From Blastocladiella emersonii ATCC 22665 (lineage: Eukaryota > Fungi > Blastocladiomycota): DNA of 64,000 nucleotides. Where the stretch lies: NCBI GenBank assembly GCA_025594325.1, contig JANHCV010000011.1, positions 930,001 to 994,000 of the forward strand, given 5' to 3'. The translations under genes were made by a program, and so were the position numbers. Numbering within the stretch: the stretch's first letter is position 1; the number at the start of each line of letters is the position of its first letter. Below are positions 54,629 through 63,338 of this stretch, in pieces. The notes below the pieces were generated by a model. That model worked only from the letters and a program-made list of their open reading frames with translations, was not told where the DNA came from and did not search any database.

Positions 54629-57577
54629 CTACTCGGCCGGGGCAGTGGTCCAGGTCTTGTACATGACAAAGTAGTTGATGTCTTCCGTCCACTTCAGGTT
54701 AGTGTACTTCTTGCCACGAATTGTGACCTGGCGGTTGTCCTTGTCTGGCACAGCAAGGCACTTGTTAAAGTAAGTGCTGAGAAGCCTGTTTAGGACTGTT
54801 GCTGTGTCACACTTGTAATACCCAAGCTTCTTGAAGTACTTGTGGATGTCTGCTTCAAACGTGGCGGGGATGGTGGCCTGGATGTTGAACTCCTTGGACG
54901 TGCGGAGGTCCATGCCGTTGTGGTCAAGGAGCTTGTGCAGGACGTGGGCCTTGTCCTTGGTGTAAAAGTACTGGATACGTTCCATGAAGCGCTCGGCGTT
55001 GTCGTCCCAGATGGCCTCCATGTTGTTCTCGCTCAGACCCTTGAACTTGCGGATGAAGAAGGCCTTGCGGACGGAGAGGCAGATGGTCCAGTCTGGGTCC
55101 TCGAGTGTACCCTGGCAGTGGTCGCGCAGGGTCTCCTTGGATGGAAGCTGGACGTTTGCCCAGTCAAAGGACCAGCCCGATGTCATGACATCCTCAATCT
55201 CGGGGTGCGCCTTGTAGTAGTACTCGGGGGAGTCGTCCATGACAATGTTGGCAACCTTGCGGAAGGCGTCAAAGACCTTGAGGCACAAGGTCACAGCGGC
55301 CATCTCGTTCTCGAGATCCGTGTTCTTGACAATGGCCTGGTGAAGTTTGCCGACCAAGTCCGAGTTAATGACCTGGGACTTGTTCATGTACGCGCCGTGG
55401 CAACCATTGCTGATCATGAACACGATCTCGTTGTCAATGGGGTAGCGCACGCAGTAGATTGCCTGGAAGAAGTCGCGGGCAGGGACCCAGGACTCGTAGC
55501 GCGCGTACACCTTGTGGAAGACGTCTGGCTTTGAAAAGTTGACCCCCACAGTGATCTTGAGGTTGGCAATGACTATACGGACTGTATCGTCGCCCCACAC
55601 AGAGTCAGGGTCAATGAGTTCCTTGTCCTCGTGGTTGGGGCGGTCGCCGTGGTAGAGCTTGATCTGCTTGCCAATCTTCCACGTCTCCTCGGCAAAGACC
55701 CGCTCGAGGTACTCGCCAAAGGTCTGCACCAACCACTTGGTTGACTTCTTGCATGGTCGTGGGAGGAAGAGGTAGAGCTTCTTGTTGGCCTTGAGGTCGG
55801 CAATGATGTTGCTCTCCATGATGTCTTCGGCGGACTTCTTGTTGTCCTTGTCGTCGGTGATGAGGCTCATCTTGCGCGGCTCAAACTTCTTGCCGAGCGT
55901 GTTTGTGATCACCTTGATCTTACCATGGAGTGTGGTCTTGATGTTGTGCTCGACAGTAAAGGAGCGGAGGACGTCCATGGTCAGGTTCGTGACAAACGCG
56001 TCCATGAAGATACCCTTGCTGCCCTTGTGCTCGCACAGCGTCTTGAAGGCCTTGAGGTTGGCCTCAAGGTTGTTGCGAATGGTGGTTGTGTGCAACTTGG
56101 CGTCCTGGAACATCTTGAGGACTGTCTCGGACTTGTCCACCACAACAATGTTGTAGGGCTCGGTCAAGTAGTGCAGCGAGCACGGCGAGACAATGAGTCG
56201 CTTGTGATCCCCCAGTGTCTTCTTGTCCTTGATGCTGCGGTAGTTGACAAAGCCAAGCTTCTGTTCGCAGGCTCAACCCTCGGTGTTGTGGGCCAGGGTG
56301 ATGCGAGGTGTGATCCAGACCACTTGCGCGTCTGGGTACTTGGCAATGTAGTCGCAAACAGCGCCCGTCTTGTTGGAGCCCATGCCCGTGGCCAGCACGT
56401 TGAACTTGGCCAGGGTAATGTTGTCGCAGGACAGGAACTGGTTGGGGCTGGTCACGTCCACTGGTACCTCAAGCGACTGCTCAAACTTGGCCATGGCCTT
56501 GGACTTGAACGCGGCTGGGAACCGCTTGTAGAAGATGGCCTTGACAAACGTGTCCAGCACTGGGTAGTTGTTGTTGCTGGCAATCTCGTTCCATTGGTCC
56601 CAGTACTTTTGCATGCGCTGAGCCGAGTTGTCCTGCTGCGACGTCCACGCCCAGAACTGGTCAAATGTGACCCCTTTGCGCATGGCCCATGTCATGATCC
56701 GCCAGGTCACGTTGTTGTGGAATGCGTTCTCGGGGCTGACAGGGAGGTTGTGGAGGATCTCAAGTGGCGTGGCGTCGTAGTAGAAGAAGTCGGGGTCGAT
56801 CTGCACGTCCTTGAACTCGGGGATGTCGAGGTTGTAGTCAAAGCGACCCTTGCGGCGCTTGGCCCGCGCTGCCTTGGCCTCGGCAGACACAAACTCAACA
56901 AAGGACAGGTCCGAGATCGGCACGCAGTTGGGGTCAAAGCCGTACTGGATCAGATGCTTGGACAGGCGGTCCTTGTTCCCTGCCTTGAACGTGCCGGGTG
57001 TCTTCTTGGGCTTGGACTGGTTGATGCACTTCATGAAGCGGTGCTTGCTGTACACGCTGGCGTCAAAGCCGAGCTTGACGTGGTCGGGGTGGCTGCAGAA
57101 CAGCTTCAGGAACGACATGTCCTTGAGCGTGGCCGTGTAGTTGCTGAGGACAATGTGCCACGACTTTTTGAGGTCCGTCTCGTAGCCGCAGACCTGGAGG
57201 TTGGCGCCGGGGAACTGGGCCAGGATGACCTTCTTGATGACGTCCAGCGTCACGTCCTTGTTGTTGCCCGGGCAGTCAATGTCAAAGTAGACCTTGGACA
57301 GGCGCTCGGGGTGGACCATCTCCTGGATGCAGCGGTTCTTGTTGAGGAGCCCAGCCAGGCCCACCGTCTTGACCTTGGCAAAATAGTGCGCCGCCTTGGG
57401 TTCGCCATGGTTGTCGACGCCCTTGTCAACAAGGCGCTTGATGACCGTCTCGTTGTCTTGCAGCTCGGAGAGGAGCTTGCGCTGAGGGCCCATGTCGCTG
57501 CCGCCGCCGTCCTTGCCGTGGAACCACTCAAGACCAAAGGCAGTGCCAGCTGTACCAGGAACCTGCTTGCAAGGCAT
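54629..57577 (-). pseudogene. AEP primase-polymerase (PrimPol) + PriCT-2-like + UL9/origin-binding-protein-like SF2 helicase fusion (~982 aa), with one in-frame TGA
   Basis: AEP motifs VYFDID, KKSWHIVL and FDASVYSKHR. Helical segment TWRIMTWAMRKGVTFDQFWAWT. Helicase motifs GMGSNKT, VVWITPRITLA, VVVDKSETVL, IVIANLKITVGVNF and FFQAIYCVR. ORFs 56273-57577 and 54629-56167 share one frame, separated by TGA at 56273-75 with 35 open codons in between. Confidence 0.85.
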
Positions 57578-57617
57578 CTTGTTATGATGAGGCGACAGAA
57601 AAGGTGACAGGGCAGGT

Positions 57618-57629
57618 GCGTTTAAACGC
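57618..57629 (-). promoter_or_regulatory. Palindromic upstream motif GCGTTTAAACGC
   Basis: 40 nt upstream of the primase-helicase ATG; near-identical copy at 58719-30. Confidence 0.55.
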
Positions 57630-57769
57630 GCAGGATTTAGCGCTAATGGCTGTGACCCGGGAGCCCTTGTTGGCATGGCCCATGACTTGCCACTGTCCTG
57701 ACCCAGGCCCGGCTGCCCTTGCGTGACCTGTCCCTGACCCAGACACGACCTCCCCCATGACCCCGACTT

Positions 57770-58646
57770 GGGAGCCAGTTGAGGCCGAGGTCACGATCCT
57801 TGAACCGTGACCTGGGCAGCGACTGAGGGCAAAGTCACAGACCCCCCAGGAGCCCAACTTGGGAGCCAATCGCGTCTCAGGTCACGATCCTTGAACCGTG
57901 ACCTGGGCAGCGACTGAGGGCAAAGTCACGGACCCCCCCAGGAGCCCAACTTGGGAGCCAGTAGGGTCCGAGGTCACAAACCTCTCAAACCGTGACCTGG
58001 GCAGCAACTGAGGGCAAAGTCACAGACCCCCCATGCTCCCAACTTGGGAGCCAATCGCGTCTCAGGTCACGATCCTTGAACCGTGACCTGGGCAGCGACT
58101 GAGGGCAAAGTCACAGACCCCCCAGGAGCCCAACTTGGGAGCCAATCGCGTCTCAGGTCACAATCCTTGAACCGTGACCTGGGCAGCGACTGAGGGCAAA
58201 GTCACAGACCCCCCAGGAGCCCAACTTGGGAGCCAGTAGGGTCCGAGGTCACGAACCTCTCAAACCGTGACCTGGGCAGCGACTGAGGGCAAAGTCACAG
58301 ACCCCCCAGGAGCCCAACTTGGGAGCCAATCGCGTCTCAGGTCACGATCCTTGAACCGTGACCTGGGCAGCGACTGAGGGCAAAGTCACGGACCCCCCCA
58401 GGAGCCCAACTTGGGAGCCAGTAGGGTCCGAGGTCACAAACCTCTCAAACCGTGACCTGGGCAGCAACTGAGGGCAAAGTCACAGACCCCCCATGCTCCC
58501 AACTTGGGAGCCAATCGCGTCTCAGGTCACGATCCTTGAACCGTGACCTGGGCAGCGACTGAGGGCAAAGTCACGGACCCCCCCCCAGGAGCCCAACTTG
58601 GGAGCCAATCGCGTCTCAGGTCACAATCCTTGAACCGTGACCTGGG
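57770..58646. repeat. Tandem array of 91-94-bp dyad-containing units (~9.5 copies, two variants)
   Basis: Units start (GGGAGCCA) at 57770, 57861, 57953, 58046, 58137, 58228, 58321, 58413, 58506 and 58600. Each contains an AGGTCAC..GTGACCT dyad and a CCCAA-C-TTGGG dyad at the junction. Confidence 0.97.
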
Positions 58647-58718
58647 CCCTCCCACGGTCCATGACTTGCCACCACCCTGACCCTGACCCAGGCCCAGCTA
58701 CCCAGAAAAAAGAACGTT

Positions 58719-58730
58719 GCGTTCAAACGC
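58719..58730 (+). promoter_or_regulatory. Upstream motif GCGTTCAAACGC
   Basis: 41 nt upstream of the tyrosine recombinase ATG; mirror of the motif at 57618. Confidence 0.55.
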
Positions 58731-58771
58731 ACTTGAGCCCATGGAGCCTTTTTGTTGACAGTCAGTAAACC

Positions 58772-59908
58772 ATGGCGCTTGACTCTCTTGCCTCCCAGGT
58801 CGCCATTGCCCTCGCTCAGCACTTTGCCACCGATGTAGTGCACCAAGTGCTTGATGGTATCAAGCCGCTGCTGACATCCTTTGACGAGCGGCTCAAGGGA
58901 GTTGAGACCAGCCTCGCCGCGCTGGCTGCAGTGTCACGTAACTGCAATCACCGTCCCAATCACACCCCCGTCGACGAGTCTGGCGAGCCCATGGACACTG
59001 ACCCCCAGGTCAAGTACGCGCAGATGACCGAGGAATCCATTGCGGCGTGCGTCAACGCGCGTGTTCAGAACAAGCACGGGGAACTGGTTGAGCTGAGCGA
59101 CACGGACAAGGCCAAGACATCCCGCGTGCTCTGTGCCTTTGCCAAGTCGGGCATGGACATTGAAGACGTTGACGCCGTGTCCAAAGCTGTGGCAGCGTAC
59201 CGCGCGTCCAAGGGCGAGCAGGGGCTGCAGGTCGAGACGCTCAAGGCCCTGGCCAAGTACTGCACCTGGAACGGGTGGACCGAACTCGGGGCCAAGTACA
59301 CAGAGGCCAAGAAGCAGGATGCTGCCGACTTCCGCGACGCGCGCAAGGAACTTGAGTCTGGTGCGCTCCCGAGCCGTGACGCCATTTGCGCCGCTATTGT
59401 TGATGCAAAGGGCTTGGGCACGGGGCTCCTGCGTCTGTACCTCCAAGTTGTGAGTGCGGTGCGCTCCGACCCTGCGTTCCTGACCACGAAGCCAACCACT
59501 GGGTACCCGTACTACGACCCAGAGACCCAGATTCTGGCCGGCGATGTCATTGTCAAGACAGAGGGCTGTGGCTACAACTTCTTGCACACAGTTAGTGAGC
59601 CCAAGGTCGCCGCCGCTCTCAAGCGTATCCTCGCCCAGCGTCTCGCCAAAGGTCATGACTTTGTCTTCAACAACTACACCCTCAAGGAGCTCAAGGACAC
59701 CACGCTCCGCAAGAGGGTTAGCAGCACCTGGTGTACGTCGATTAGTCGGGCTGCAAAGACGGTCGGCTTTGAGGATGGCGGCGTGGCAGTGATCCGCCGT
59801 ATCTCCACCAGTGAGAACTTTGCTGCGCAGCAAGCTATTGCCAAACGCGCGCACGAGATGGGTCACAGCGTCCCCGTTGCGCTGACCTACTACATGACGC
59901 CTCAGTAA
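58772..59908 (+). CDS. Tyrosine recombinase of the PLV/virophage/NCLDV type, 378 aa
   Basis: Catalytic residues in the expected order: R (SAVRSD), K (IVKT), R (VIRRIS), H (EMGHS) and Y (VALTYY) near the C-terminus. Confidence 0.7.
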   Translation: MALDSLASQVAIALAQHFATDVVHQVLDGIKPLLTSFDERLKGVETSLAALAAVSRNCNHRPNHTPVDESGEPMDTDPQVKYAQMTEESIAACVNARVQNKHGELVELSDTDKAKTSRVLCAFAKSGMDIEDVDAVSKAVAAYRASKGEQGLQVETLKALAKYCTWNGWTELGAKYTEAKKQDAADFRDARKELESGALPSRDAICAAIVDAKGLGTGLLRLYLQVVSAVRSDPAFLTTKPTTGYPYYDPETQILAGDVIVKTEGCGYNFLHTVSEPKVAAALKRILAQRLAKGHDFVFNNYTLKELKDTTLRKRVSSTWCTSISRAAKTVGFEDGGVAVIRRISTSENFAAQQAIAKRAHEMGHSVPVALTYYMTPQ

Positions 59909-59936
59909 TCCTTTTGTCTCCGCCTTTGTTAATACA

Positions 59937-61049
59937 ATGTATGCCCACAAAGAACCTTTGACTGCTGAACAGACCGAGTACCTGAAAGACTTGTACTACA
60001 AACGCGGCCATGTTGGGGTCGGGATCCACCGTCTCTTTGACATTGTTGACCGCGAGCATACAGGGAAGCACATTTACCGCGCCCAGCTCGAGCGGTGGCT
60101 CAATGACCAGTCCGTGTGGCAGCAGTACAAGCGCGCACCTCAGAAGCGCCGAGACATTCAAAGCATCAACTCAACAAGTCCTGGCCGCAACTTTCAGCTC
60201 GACCTCATTGACATGGGCGAAAACGGTACGTACAAGGGCTTCCGTTACATTCTCACGTGTGTCGACCTGGCGAGCCGCCGCGTCTACCTCCAACCCATCA
60301 AGACCAAGGACAAGACGCAGGAAGCATGGTCCAGCGTGGTTGCCAAGCACAGCCTTACACCTGCCACGATCCAGACAGACAATGGGACTGAGTTCTTTGG
60401 CATAGAGGCCGGGACCGAGGCCAAGCACATCAAGGGCAAGGCAGGAGTGCCATACGGTCAAGGTGTTGTTGAACGCATGAACGGGACCATCTGCCGGATG
60501 CTCACACCGTGGCTGTCCATCCCGGGCAACAACGACTGGCCCAAGCACCTCAAGACCATTGAATCTGTGATCAACAGCAGCAAGTCGAGGGCCACAAGCA
60601 AGGCACCCAACGCGTTCCATGACATGCCCTGCGAAACGGCCAAGCAAGAGCTCAAGGAGATCCAAGCTGCCAAGGGCAAGCCCGAGGGCGACCCTCTGAG
60701 CGCGTTGTTGAAGGTAGGGACCCAGGTCCGAGTCCGCGAGCCGTACAAGACTGCCATGGAGGCCAAGGGGAAGCCGGTCTGGTTGACAACTGTGAGCCAG
60801 GTCCAGGTTGTGCGCAAGGGGTCGGGCGTAAGCAATCCGAGCTACAAGGTCCAAGGCCTCAAGGGCTTCTACCCTCGAAGCGACGTCCAGCCAGTCACAG
60901 CGACCCAGGACCCGCCAACAAGGCAGCGTGTAGGTCCAGGTCTTCCAAGGCTCCCTGTTGCGCGCACCCCAGTCACGCCAAGGGAGCCCTCGACCCGGGT
61001 CAGGCGCGTCCCAGTCCGAGTCCAAGAAAAGTGGGACCGCGGGCTTTAG
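59937..61049 (+). CDS. Retroviral-like (rve) DDE integrase, Maverick/Polinton type, 370 aa
   Basis: Motifs LKDLYY..G..RL..WLNDQ, FQLDLIDM, YILTCVDLASR, IQTDNGTEF, GQGVVERMNGTI, WPKHL..INSS, LKVGTQVRV and GFYPRSDVQPV. The DDE triad is intact. Confidence 0.92.
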   Translation: MYAHKEPLTAEQTEYLKDLYYKRGHVGVGIHRLFDIVDREHTGKHIYRAQLERWLNDQSVWQQYKRAPQKRRDIQSINSTSPGRNFQLDLIDMGENGTYKGFRYILTCVDLASRRVYLQPIKTKDKTQEAWSSVVAKHSLTPATIQTDNGTEFFGIEAGTEAKHIKGKAGVPYGQGVVERMNGTICRMLTPWLSIPGNNDWPKHLKTIESVINSSKSRATSKAPNAFHDMPCETAKQELKEIQAAKGKPEGDPLSALLKVGTQVRVREPYKTAMEAKGKPVWLTTVSQVQVVRKGSGVSNPSYKVQGLKGFYPRSDVQPVTATQDPPTRQRVGPGLPRLPVARTPVTPREPSTRVRRVPVRVQEKWDRGL

Positions 61050-62989
61050 AGCAGGGTCCAGTGGCTTTGAATGATGACCTGGCAGTCGTTGGCAACTGCG
61101 ACTGACGGGATCCAGATGAAAGAGTAGCTCTTGGCCGCGTCAAGGTACTCAATGCTCGAGAACTGAAGGAACTGGATGTTGCCTTCAGCGCGGCACCCAG
61201 TGACAAGCGACACTGCAATCATGTCCGTCATATTGTACAGCGCAAAGTTCACAGTGTGGGCTCCAGGGAGCGCGCCGTTTGCGTAGTAGCCCTTTGCATG
61301 GACAAGGTAGTAGCCACTGACAGGGGGTTTGATGCATCCATTGATCACAGACGTGAACGCGCCCGCCGTGGACTGGAACGCAAAGGTGGCCGGGCCCGTT
61401 GATGCTGTGCCGCCAATGATCTTGCCGCCCGTGGTCACTCCGTTTGTAGAGCGGTGCTTGGCCTGAGCGACGTACCGGGTCGTGCCGGACCGCGAGTCAA
61501 CGTACGCCTTGTTTGCCGCGTCGGTGCCTGCCACTGGAGCGAGGTCAAGGGTGAGCTGCCCTGTGAAGCGACCAGTGCCATTGACGCGGAGCCTTTCTGT
61601 GCCAAGCATCGCTGAGCCCACAACCACATTGCCGCCACCTGCCACAAGGGAGACCCCGCCCGTGGTTGCAGACGCAATCTCAATGTTACCCGCCGCTGTG
61701 CATGCCAGGTTGCTTCGCAGTACGCCTGCCTGCTTAAAGTCGACGTACGTCAATGTATTGGCAGCCGAGTCAAAGACAAGGTTTGCGCTTGTGGCATTCC
61801 GGACCAGGACGTTGGGCACAGTCAGTTGCTTGCCAACTCCAAGACCACCAGCAATGGTGACTGCTCCAGTGCTTGATGTCAAACTGTCCGTCGTATTCGC
61901 AAAGGCAAAGGCAGCGCCAAGCCCAAGGGTGGACTGGGGGAGCGTGCCAGCGACCGAGGCTGCGCTCACCGCCGTGACCTTGGCCGAGACGTCGGGGAGT
62001 CGTGCCAGGTCAATGGTCCCTGCAAGCTTGGCCGAGTCAATGCCAGATGCCAGCTTGGCGTTGGTCAGGGTCCCGTCGGCGATGCGGGCAGGGTCGAGGA
62101 TCCCAGTGAGCTTGACCGCCGACACGTCTGTGACCTTGGCGTCCGTGACCGCGCCTGCTGCCAGGTGGGCCGTTCCAATGGACCCAACGTTGAGCTTGGC
62201 CCCATCGATGCCAGTTGCCAGCTTGGCGTTGGTCACGGCCGCGTCTGCCAGGACCAGGGAGCCGACCGTGCCCGCTGCCAGCTTGGACCTGTCGATGCCA
62301 GCTGCCACCTTGGCGTTGGATACGGCACCATCTGCCAGGGCTCCCGTCCCAATAGTCCCTGCAACGAGCTTGGACTCAGACACGGACGCGACCTTGGCAT
62401 CTGTGACTGCCAGGTCAACGAGAGCCGCCGTGCCGACCGTGCCTGCCACAAGCTTGGACCCGGACATGGACGCGACCTTGGCATCAGTCACTGAGCCGTC
62501 TGCCAGGACCGAGGTCCCGACTGTGCCTGCCACGAGCTTGGACCCAGACACGGACGCAACCTTGGCATCTGTCACTGAGCCGTCTGCCAGGACCGAGATT
62601 CCGACGGCTGGGAGGTTGGACGCACTGAGCACGCCCACGACCTTGGACGCAGACACAGTGTCCAGCTGAGCATCAACGAGCTTGCCGGTGACCTGTCCTG
62701 CTGTAATCGTGGCGACCTTGTCGGCCGTGACGCTGGCCGGGAGCAGCTGTGCCGTGCCGACTGACTTGACATAGAGCCCTGCTGCGCCCACGCCAAGGGT
62801 CTGGTCGTCGACCTTGGTCGAGACAGTGGTCCCTGAGACTGCCACGCCAGGGCCAGCAACAGGTGCGCCGACCGTGGCGTACACAGCACTGATGGCCGCG
62901 TCAACGTAGGCCTTGGACACGTCCGGGACCCCCGTGGTAGACACGGTTGGAGACGCAGTACTTGAGACGTTAAAGATATTCTTGACCAT
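61046..62989 (-). CDS. Fibre/spike-like virion protein, ~647 aa
   Basis: Several ~28-aa (84-bp) repeats LADGSVTDAKVASVSGSKLVAGTVGTSV; xxKAYVD motifs near both ends (SKAYVD, DAANKAYVD); beta-rich C-terminal head (IKPPVSGYYLVHA). Confidence 0.65.
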   Translation of the reverse strand: MVKNIFNVSSTASPTVSTTGVPDVSKAYVDAAISAVYATVGAPVAGPGVAVSGTTVSTKVDDQTLGVGAAGLYVKSVGTAQLLPASVTADKVATITAGQVTGKLVDAQLDTVSASKVVGVLSASNLPAVGISVLADGSVTDAKVASVSGSKLVAGTVGTSVLADGSVTDAKVASMSGSKLVAGTVGTAALVDLAVTDAKVASVSESKLVAGTIGTGALADGAVSNAKVAAGIDRSKLAAGTVGSLVLADAAVTNAKLATGIDGAKLNVGSIGTAHLAAGAVTDAKVTDVSAVKLTGILDPARIADGTLTNAKLASGIDSAKLAGTIDLARLPDVSAKVTAVSAASVAGTLPQSTLGLGAAFAFANTTDSLTSSTGAVTIAGGLGVGKQLTVPNVLVRNATSANLVFDSAANTLTYVDFKQAGVLRSNLACTAAGNIEIASATTGGVSLVAGGGNVVVGSAMLGTERLRVNGTGRFTGQLTLDLAPVAGTDAANKAYVDSRSGTTRYVAQAKHRSTNGVTTGGKIIGGTASTGPATFAFQSTAGAFTSVINGCIKPPVSGYYLVHAKGYYANGALPGAHTVNFALYNMTDMIAVSLVTGCRAEGNIQFLQFSSIEYLDAAKSYSFIWIPSVAVANDCQVIIQSHWTLL

Positions 62990-63009
62990 GTTTAACCTTA
63001 AGCAACAGA

Positions 63010-63261
63010 ATGATTTCCAGCGACCATGACCTGAGCCTGGACGAGTGGCGGGAGCACCTCGCCGAGACCATGCCCGTGCCAAGCAGCTGGTACAGCAAGA
63101 GCGACAAGGACAAGGCCAAGTGGCTACGGAAGCGCGACCGCAAGGCCAACCGGTACACGCACGTTGACGACGAGGCAGCGCGGGCAGAGCGGGTCAAGAT
63201 CCGGATCTACAAGGCACTCAACGCCAAGCGCCAGGACCAGGGGGCAAATAGCACCGTCTGA
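63010..63261 (+). CDS. Small basic hypothetical protein, 83 aa
   Basis: ATG-started ORF with element-like codon usage, filling the gap between the fibre gene and the next ORF. Confidence 0.55.
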   Translation: MISSDHDLSLDEWREHLAETMPVPSSWYSKSDKDKAKWLRKRDRKANRYTHVDDEAARAERVKIRIYKALNAKRQDQGANSTV

Positions 63262-63338
63262 GGGACAAAAGGCACCTGCCACGGGGAAAAAGGTACCGAC
63301 AGGGGGACGTTTTATTTTCGGTCCATACAGTAACCATC

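Noticed and set aside
56273-56275. Programmed readthrough or UGA recoding in the PrimPol-helicase
   Set aside because: Trp is encoded by TGG in the element, no stimulatory context is evident, and other CpG-type lesions in the same gene make a CGA>TGA mutation the simpler explanation.
57770-58646. CRISPR array
   Set aside because: The variable segments are not unique spacers; only two variants recur. Units are 91-94 bp, there are no cas genes, and the context is eukaryotic.
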